NCBI GenBank assembly: GCA_025449555.1
Contig: JANWJD010000084.1
Span: forward strand, 712 to 64,711
Direction: 5' to 3'
Length of the DNA stretch: 64,000 nucleotides
From: Chloroflexota bacterium
GTDB taxonomy: Bacteria > Chloroflexota > UBA5177
Shown here: in pieces, positions 57,347 through 64,000 of the stretch
Position numbering within the stretch: position 1 is the stretch's first letter
How the letters are laid out: each line of letters opens with the position of its first letter
Position numbers and translations under genes: made by a program
Notes under the pieces: generated by a model
The model's input: only the letters and a program-made list of their open reading frames with translations
What the model was told of the DNA's origin: nothing
Databases searched by the model: none

Positions 57347-58429
57347 CTACCCAAATGCCGAGGGGCGTTCCCGCGCAGCTTTCGACCAATCGCGGGTAAA
57401 TGTGGTGACGGCACGTGCCACGGTTTCGCCTCGCACCAGTATCCCCACTTCCCTATTTAGATCGAGAGACGTCGGGCTCAGGTTCTCCGAACCCACGAAT
57501 GCGACCACTCCGTCGACCAGGAACATCTTGGCATGAATATACGGGTACCGTAGGGCGCGCGCGTCGACGCCGGCACGTAACAAAGCGGTAAGTCCGGGGC
57601 TTGCATAGCCGGAAGCGACCAGAATCTCGACACGCAGCCGTCGATGCAGCCTGATCAGTAAGGTATCGAGGGCAGGGTCTGCCACTTCCTCCGCATATAT
57701 TTGGATGGATCGTCGCGCGCGCTTCAGAAATGTAGTGAGGACGGGTCGCGAGTTTGGGGAGAGAACTAGGTCAGTGTTGTGGCGACCAAATGGAATGTGG
57801 TCCCAGTCGGAGCGAAAAACGTTGGAAAGGTCGTGTACGTCGCTGAAATCATGGTCGAGTACCAACAGTTCTCGGTTCGACTTGAACGCTGCCTGCGAGA
57901 AATTCGCTGTGGAGACGACTGCTAACCTGTCGTCGACCACGAGGAATTTTGCGTGCGTGAAGTAGTAGCGAAGCCACGTCCAACGCACCGCTACGCCCGC
58001 TGCGCGAAGGCCGGACGCCATCTGAGCCGGCTGATTTCCCATCCCAAAAGGACGAGGGTCAAGCAGGACGTAAACTGCTACGCCTTGGGCCGCGGCCCGT
58101 TCGAGCGCTCGCTCGATGCTGTGTTGGGTGAGAATGTATGCCTCGAGAAAGACGGTCCGGCTCGCCGCATCGATTGCGTGTGTAACGGGTTTCACCCCGT
58201 CCTGCGGTTCCACTACCAGCTTGGTGCCCGCGCGTCCGGCTCCTGGCGGTGTGACAACGCTGAGGAATCTTTGGTTCACCAGATTTCGCTTTATGGTGCG
58301 ACCCGTGCAACCGTTGAGTGCGAGAGCCAGACAGACGCACAGGGCTCCTCCGTGCCCCAACCACACCCGCCCCACCTTCGAATATCGACGGTGAGACTGG
58401 GTATTCGGGGTGTGAAACAATCGTGACAT
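57347..58429 (-). CDS. phospholipase D-like (two HKD motifs) protein, probable lipoprotein
   Basis: Two HxK(x)4D motifs (HAKFLVVDD..., HAKMFLVDG...); lipobox-like LALNGC after a basic N-terminus; start taken at 58429 (alternatives up to 58660). Confidence 0.7.
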   Translation of the reverse strand: MSRLFHTPNTQSHRRYSKVGRVWLGHGGALCVCLALALNGCTGRTIKRNLVNQRFLSVVTPPGAGRAGTKLVVEPQDGVKPVTHAIDAASRTVFLEAYILTQHSIERALERAAAQGVAVYVLLDPRPFGMGNQPAQMASGLRAAGVAVRWTWLRYYFTHAKFLVVDDRLAVVSTANFSQAAFKSNRELLVLDHDFSDVHDLSNVFRSDWDHIPFGRHNTDLVLSPNSRPVLTTFLKRARRSIQIYAEEVADPALDTLLIRLHRRLRVEILVASGYASPGLTALLRAGVDARALRYPYIHAKMFLVDGVVAFVGSENLSPTSLDLNREVGILVRGETVARAVTTFTRDWSKAARERPSAFG

Positions 58430-58528
58430 GGTTGGAGTCGTCTTTACGGAACGCGTCCTGTCGCCATCTTCGTTCAATTTGACCGAGTACGGGAGGCGCT
58501 GGATTCCGACCGGCATGCTGCATCTCTC

Positions 58529-59257
58529 ATGACCATCTGGGCGATTGCGGATCTTCATGCTTCTCGACCCGATCCAGAATCGGGACGACCGACTAAACCG
58601 ATGGATGCATTCGGGCCGGCATGGGTGGACCACATGGATCGATTGGAGTCCGCCTGGCAAACGCGGATCAGTTCACGAGACACCGTGCTCATCGCGGGTG
58701 ACATCGACTGGGCACTCCATCTGAGAGACGCAGACTTCACGCTCGAAAGATTGGACGGGTGGAAAGGCAGAAAGATTCTGATCCGCGGAAACCACGATTA
58801 CTGGTGGTCCAGCAAGAGCACGAATCAGGTTCGGCGGATTCTTCCTCCCAGCATTCGACTCCTCCATAACGATTCCATCATGGCGGATGACGTGAACATT
58901 TGCGGCACGAAAGGATCCCCGATTCCCGGAGCCATCGACTGGTCGCCAGAAAACGAAAAACTATTACTTCGGGAGCTGCACCGGCTCCGGCTGAGCCTCG
59001 ATTCTCGGGCGCCGGAACTCGAGACGATTGCAGCCGTTCACTATCCGCCGATGTATGTGAATTCGGGGAGCAGTCCGTACAAGAACCTGCTGGAGGAGTA
59101 CCGGGTTGCCTGCTGTGTGTACGGGCATTTGCACGGGGAAGCGGCGTGCTCGGGTCCCCAGGGTCTCATTGACGGTGTCGTTTACTTCCTCGTAGCTGGA
59201 GATTATGTTAACTTCGAGCCGATACCGGTCTGGGATGGCGAGCCGATCGTCAGATAG
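58529..59257 (+). CDS. metallophosphoesterase
   Basis: Calcineurin-like motifs DLH, GDIDWA, GNHDYW, GHLH. Confidence 0.75.
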   Translation: MTIWAIADLHASRPDPESGRPTKPMDAFGPAWVDHMDRLESAWQTRISSRDTVLIAGDIDWALHLRDADFTLERLDGWKGRKILIRGNHDYWWSSKSTNQVRRILPPSIRLLHNDSIMADDVNICGTKGSPIPGAIDWSPENEKLLLRELHRLRLSLDSRAPELETIAAVHYPPMYVNSGSSPYKNLLEEYRVACCVYGHLHGEAACSGPQGLIDGVVYFLVAGDYVNFEPIPVWDGEPIVR

Positions 59258-59410
59258 TCTGTTCCGACCAACGCCGGGAGGGAGCGGCGACAGCCACCGT
59301 TCGCCGACCTCAGGAGCGCCGTTGCAGCAAATCACTCGCAGTGGATGAATCGAGTCCGGCATTCTTCGAGGAACCCTCAGTGCGCGCAGTACACTTGGTC
59401 GTGATGTGCT

Positions 59411-59716
59411 ATGGACGCGAGTAGTGACTTCGGCGGCCCAGACTCGATGGATCGTCCCGAGCGACGTCTGGTCAATCCATACCTAGATGTGGCCGATGAA
59501 TATCACCCACCGGAAATCGCGAAATTCGAACTGGAAACCGATCCGTACCGGAACTTTCTCCCCGGCATTTCGAACGTCAATGCAGCAAAGACATTGGGAG
59601 GCGGACTGCAATCCGGGCGAGAAGGAAATCGGGTGCTTCTGGTGGTAAGTCTCCTCCTGGTCGCGGTGCTCATACTCCCGGCCATTGCGGCCGTCATTGC
59701 GCAGTTGTTCCATTGA
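59411..59716 (+). CDS. hypothetical tail-anchored small protein
   Basis: 101 aa; single C-terminal TM helix; no RBS; no family. Confidence 0.25.
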   Translation: MDASSDFGGPDSMDRPERRLVNPYLDVADEYHPPEIAKFELETDPYRNFLPGISNVNAAKTLGGGLQSGREGNRVLLVVSLLLVAVLILPAIAAVIAQLFH

Positions 59717-59741
59717 TCAGCCCGACCGCTCGAACGTCGTC

Positions 59742-60722
59742 ATGAGCTACCCTGAATCTCGACCTCGGCGCCTTCGCGCCACTCCGGCGCTCCGTTTGCT
59801 CGTGAGGGAAACCGATCTTGTCCCTGGTCGGCTCATGTACCCCATCTTCGTGCAGCCCGGTCGGGACCGACGGGACGAAATCGCATCGATGCCCGGTCAA
59901 TTCCGCCTTTCGAGCGACTTGCTCCCGAAGCTCGCCCGTGACATTCGACAACTCGGCCTCGGGGGCCTGATGTTATTTGGATTGCCCGAGCACAAGGACG
60001 AAGTCGGATCAGAAGCTTATCGTTCCGACGGCATCGTGCAGGAAGCAGTGCAAATAATCAAAGACGCTGTGCCTGAACTTTTGGTTGCGACCGACACGTG
60101 TCTGGACGCGTACACAACTCACGGACACTGTGGCATTGTACGGGACGGGCGCGTGGACAATGACGCCACCCTCGAGTACCTGGCGCGGGTGGCCGTGAGC
60201 CAAGCACTGGCCGGTGCGGATATTGTCGCGCCTTCGGACATGATGGATGGCCGCGTGTTCGCTATTCGCAAGGCACTCGATGCAGAGGGCAAACAAGATG
60301 TGCCCATCATGTCGTATGCCGCGAAGTATTCGTCTGCCTTTTACGGTCCGTTCAGGGAAGCAGCCGACTGCGCTCCGCAGTTTGGTGATCGAAGGTCGTA
60401 CCAGATGGATCCATCGAACCGACGCGAAGCGATCCGGGAAATTGAGCTCGATCTCGAGGAGGGCGCTGACATCGTCATGGTGAAGCCTGCTTTACCGTAT
60501 CTCGATATAGTCCGCGACGTCCGCGCGAAATTCGATGCGCCGGTGGCAGCATACAACGTTAGCGGCGAATACGCCATGCTGAAGGCCGCGGCCGCTAATG
60601 GCTGGCTCGACGAACGAGCGTCCGTCCTGGAAACTATGACATCCATCCGACGAGCCGGAGCCGACATTATCCTGACGTATCACGCACCGGACGTTGCCAT
60701 GTGGCTATGTGATGCGAGCTAA
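59742..60722 (+). CDS. hemB: porphobilinogen synthase (delta-aminolevulinate dehydratase)
   Basis: N-terminal RPRRLR, Schiff-base Lys regions; metal-site region [14 protein letters not shown]; full length. Confidence 0.93.
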   Translation: MSYPESRPRRLRATPALRLLVRETDLVPGRLMYPIFVQPGRDRRDEIASMPGQFRLSSDLLPKLARDIRQLGLGGLMLFGLPEHKDEVGSEAYRSDGIVQEAVQIIKDAVPELLVATDTCLDAYTTHGHCGIVRDGRVDNDATLEYLARVAVSQALAGADIVAPSDMMDGRVFAIRKALDAEGKQDVPIMSYAAKYSSAFYGPFREAADCAPQFGDRRSYQMDPSNRREAIREIELDLEEGADIVMVKPALPYLDIVRDVRAKFDAPVAAYNVSGEYAMLKAAAANGWLDERASVLETMTSIRRAGADIILTYHAPDVAMWLCDAS

Positions 60723-60876
60723 GACGGCCGCTCGAACCAGTCGCTTTCCACGGCTCCATCGGATGCAACACCGGTCGATCTGGAATCCCGTCACCGGGCA
60801 CCGCCGGATCCAACGATCCGCCTCCACATTGCGTCTCTACAAGACCGGACATTAACATAAGTGACCAGATTTTAGG

Positions 60877-62907
60877 ATGGCACCGAGCGTACGAGAACCG
60901 TCACCGGCCGCGAGTCCCGAGCGGGTTAGGCGTGAAGAGCTAATACGCACTGCCACCCGACGTAGGGACTTTCCCCGCCGCGAAGCTCAACGTCGTCTTC
61001 AGCAAAAGGAGGCCCGGTGGGCGCCTATTGCCTATGGCTTTTTTCTCGTCGCGGTCGCACTTATCTTCTCGGTCACGTACACGACCTATGCATTCTCGAA
61101 GTATCGCGGCGTGATTCTTCCTTCCGTTTTCGTGGACAGGACAGCACTCAGTGGCATGACGTCTAGCCAGGCGTACAAAGAGATTGATGCGAAGTTGGCC
61201 GCCATATACGGTGTCCCGCTCCGCCTTCAGTTTCGAAATCACACCTGGGACCCGAAGCGTCAGGAGATCGGTCTTCAGTACGACATTCAAGGTACCGTGA
61301 ATGGAGCCGAAGCCATCGGTCGAGACGGTCCTTTCCTAAGTAATCTCATCGACCGTCTACCGATCCATCCCACCCACGAGGTCCCGCTGCTCTACAAACT
61401 GGATGAGGCAAAACTCGGCGCCTATCTCAACCACGTAGTAGCACCGGTCGTTTTCCATAAATCGGCCAATGCGGGCCTCGGAATCAGCCACACCACGTGG
61501 CACGTTGTCCTGTATCACAGCCATGCGGGCACGGAGCTTGACGTTGCGAATTCCGAACAGGTTGCTCATGATGCGCTGGGTTCGCTATCGAAGCAGGTGA
61601 AGACCCTCCAGGTGGTGCGGGTCCCCCCTGTAGTGACTGACGCCGACGCGCGGCAAGTCCAGACTCACGCGGAGGCGTTTCTCTCCAATCCGCCGGTTAT
61701 GCAAATCGGTAAACGCGTGTTCGTGGGATCGCGTTACTCGTTTGCCCGCATGATCCATTTCTCCACAAAACTAGGAAAGCACAGTGCGGCCATTCAGATG
61801 AATGTGGACTCAAATGAGATCCACTCGTACGTAGCGTGGCTCGCATATTTGGTAGACCGGAAACCTCAAAACGCTCGACTGGACTTTTCCGCCGGTCGAG
61901 TCACCCAAATCAAGGCCCGCAGAACTGGTCGCACCCTGGTCCAGGACACCGCGTATGCGAAGATACTGGCCGCGGTGACTGCTCTCAAGCCTACGGCGAG
62001 GCTCAGGCTTCCTATCGTCACGACCCAACCGCCGTTCGACCAAACCAATCCAGGCAGTCTCGGTATCACGACGCTCCTCGCCACCGGCAGTACCAGTTTC
62101 CAGGGGGCAAGCTCGGTGCGCACCGATGCGGTCAGCACGATAGCCGGCAACTTGAACAATGTCGTCGTCACACCCGGTGAAGACATCTCTTTCAATCAAC
62201 TGGTGCAGACGCCAATTGGCTGGGCGGATCAGGCGTATGCCGACAGTGAAGCCGGGACGGCGGGACAGCCGGTGCCCGGCGACGGCGGCGCCATGCAACA
62301 GGTCGCAACCACCTTCTTGCGAGCCTTCTATAAGTCCGGCCTGCAGCTCAAGGAGCGCCACGCCCATCGATTCCGTCTACCCTGGTACGAACCACCGTAC
62401 GGTTTCGACGCTCTCGTGAATCCGGCCCGATCCTGGGATCTCGTGTTCCACAACAATACCGGTAAGTACTTAATACTGCAAACCCGAGTCGAGCCGATCC
62501 GTCAAGAGCTGTTCATCTATGTGTTCGGCCCCAAACTTGGGTGGAAGGTGGCAGTCGATTCCTTCGGCCGTCTCACCAATGTCGTAAAACACGGGCCGCC
62601 TGTCGAACGAGTCGACCAGTCTCTTGCGCCGCAGGAGCGAAAACAGGTTGCCTGGGCCTCAGACGGCGGATCCACCGTTTTGCAACGAACCATCACCTTC
62701 GCCAATGGCAATGTCAAGGTCGACGAGATCGACACCACCTACGATCCGCGAGCGGCCGTCATGGCGATTGGACCTGCGGCCGCGACTGCTACCCCGATCC
62801 CCACTATCACGCCGACTCCATCGTCCAAAACCAAGACCAATGGGACGCCCGGTCCCTCGCTCACAACTACTCCCCAGCTCACGCCCAGTCCGACATTCAG
62901 CCATTAG
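60877..62907 (+). CDS. VanW-family protein (N-terminal TM, peptidoglycan-binding-like repeats, VanW domain, Pro/Thr-rich tail)
   Basis: VanW-domain similarity in the C-terminal half (GDGGAMQQVATTFLRAFYKSGL...HAHRFRLPWYEPPYGFDALV); TM anchor at ~50-70. Confidence 0.65.
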   Translation: MAPSVREPSPAASPERVRREELIRTATRRRDFPRREAQRRLQQKEARWAPIAYGFFLVAVALIFSVTYTTYAFSKYRGVILPSVFVDRTALSGMTSSQAYKEIDAKLAAIYGVPLRLQFRNHTWDPKRQEIGLQYDIQGTVNGAEAIGRDGPFLSNLIDRLPIHPTHEVPLLYKLDEAKLGAYLNHVVAPVVFHKSANAGLGISHTTWHVVLYHSHAGTELDVANSEQVAHDALGSLSKQVKTLQVVRVPPVVTDADARQVQTHAEAFLSNPPVMQIGKRVFVGSRYSFARMIHFSTKLGKHSAAIQMNVDSNEIHSYVAWLAYLVDRKPQNARLDFSAGRVTQIKARRTGRTLVQDTAYAKILAAVTALKPTARLRLPIVTTQPPFDQTNPGSLGITTLLATGSTSFQGASSVRTDAVSTIAGNLNNVVVTPGEDISFNQLVQTPIGWADQAYADSEAGTAGQPVPGDGGAMQQVATTFLRAFYKSGLQLKERHAHRFRLPWYEPPYGFDALVNPARSWDLVFHNNTGKYLILQTRVEPIRQELFIYVFGPKLGWKVAVDSFGRLTNVVKHGPPVERVDQSLAPQERKQVAWASDGGSTVLQRTITFANGNVKVDEIDTTYDPRAAVMAIGPAAATATPIPTITPTPSSKTKTNGTPGPSLTTTPQLTPSPTFSH

Positions 62908-62986
62908 AAGGCAGCTCCCGACTTCCGGACCGACCGAGGTTGGTAGACTGAAGCGCTTGAGTGTGTGCAAGCCATGAGGAAGTCCC

Positions 62987-63886
62987 GTGCCGTTTTCAAC
63001 CGCTAACCTGGCGTCTCTTTTGATCATCAAGATCGGACTCGATCCGGTTTTGGTTCGATTTGGACCTGTCTCCGTTCACTGGTATGGACTCATGTACGTG
63101 GTCGGCATCGCGGCAGGTTTGTACGTGGCGCTTCCATACGCGGAGCGACACGGTATATCGCGCGACCGAGCGTACGAAGTCTTCTGGCCCGTGCTCGTTG
63201 CCTGCCTGGTTGGTGGGCGTCTGTACTACGTCGTGCAGTCGAATCTTGGCTGGTACCTGCGCCATCCGCAGAATGTTCTCGCCACGTGGGAAGGGGGCAT
63301 GGCCTTTTACGGAGCGGTATTCCTCGGTCTTCCGGCGCTGTATCTGGCCGCGCGCAGAGTCGGTGCAAGCGTTCCGCTCTTGCTGGATGCCACGGCCCTT
63401 TTCATTCCCCTGGCCCAAGCATTCGGGAGAATCGGGAATCTGGTAAACGGTGACATCGTCGGCTACCCGAGTTCTGCTCCATGGGCGACTCAGTACACGA
63501 ATCCGAACAATACGTTCGTGCCGAGCCACGTAGTGGCGTATGCCCCGGCGGCATTTTTCGAACTGGTCTTCAGCGCGCTGTTATTTGGTGTGCTCTGGAG
63601 CCTGAAGGATCGCTTTCGGGTCCCGGGCACGTTGTTTGCTCTCTGGCTCGGTCTGTATTCACTCGGTCAATTCGTGCTCTTCTTCGCCCGGGCCAACTCC
63701 GTGGCGGCCTTTGGGCTCAAACAGGCACAATGGACTGCGTTGGTGGTGCTAGCCGTCGCGATACCAGCTTGGCTGCTCTGGCGACAGTATTTCGACCGCG
63801 AGTCGGATGCAGGACAGGTAGAGGGCGGAACGGCTCTTGACGAGAGCCGCGTCACGGTTTCCCCCTCAGCATCGCCCGGACACTAG
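62987..63886 (+). CDS. lgt: prolipoprotein diacylglyceryl transferase
   Basis: Lgt signature (WYGLMY..., GRIGNLVNGD) and multi-TM topology; GTG start behind GAGGAAG. Confidence 0.9.
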   Translation: MPFSTANLASLLIIKIGLDPVLVRFGPVSVHWYGLMYVVGIAAGLYVALPYAERHGISRDRAYEVFWPVLVACLVGGRLYYVVQSNLGWYLRHPQNVLATWEGGMAFYGAVFLGLPALYLAARRVGASVPLLLDATALFIPLAQAFGRIGNLVNGDIVGYPSSAPWATQYTNPNNTFVPSHVVAYAPAAFFELVFSALLFGVLWSLKDRFRVPGTLFALWLGLYSLGQFVLFFARANSVAAFGLKQAQWTALVVLAVAIPAWLLWRQYFDRESDAGQVEGGTALDESRVTVSPSASPGH

Positions 63887-64000
63887 CGTTCGTATTGGGA
63901 AAGCGCGGATCGATTATGCCGTATGCCGCCAGTGCTCGTCTTTGATTCTACCGGTGTCGAGTAAATGTACGAGGTATTCAAGGCGGCAGATTTCAGGCCC

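Noticed and set aside
1-64000. Checked for a CRISPR array, rRNA genes, integrase/transposase genes and additional tRNAs
   Set aside because: No regularly spaced short repeats with unique spacers, no rRNA-like segments, no recombinase-like ORFs; only one tRNA (Gln) was found by T-arm pattern scanning.

Overview
This is a high-GC (~65%) bacterial chromosomal window that is densely coding on both strands, with many 4-nt ATGA/TGATG start-stop overlaps indicating translationally coupled operons. It is mostly housekeeping: pyrB, mnmG, asnS, glyA-lepB-selA, a replicative dnaE, ftsK, hpf, rluB-cmk-der, a phosphohexomutase, a pfkB-family kinase coupled to ahcY, hemB, lgt, moeA, a dGTPase-like HD protein, a paired active/inactive M16 peptidase, two secreted HExxH metalloproteases, two NUDIX hydrolases, one tRNA-Gln(CUG), and accessory genes (DUF1326/DUF2182 pair, NrtS-like protein, PAP2-GT2 pair, a REC-wHTH-BTAD regulator, VanW, a PLD-like protein, a Phd/YefM-like orphan). 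The most notable locus is an SOS mutagenesis cassette imuB - 79-aa ORF - dnaE2 (imuC). The three genes are translationally coupled, a GAAC-N4-GTTC LexA box sits ~30 bp upstream of imuB, no imuA/imuA' is recognisable, and a copy of a dispersed palindromic repeat lies in frame inside imuB. Two families of GC-rich palindromic (REP-like) repeats occur in intergenic regions. A cluster of CAAGG-N1-2-CCTTG palindromes marks the promoter regions of both the replicative dnaE and an adjacent DUF5343-like gene. selA shows the organism uses selenocysteine. No CRISPR array, rRNA, integrase or transposase is visible.
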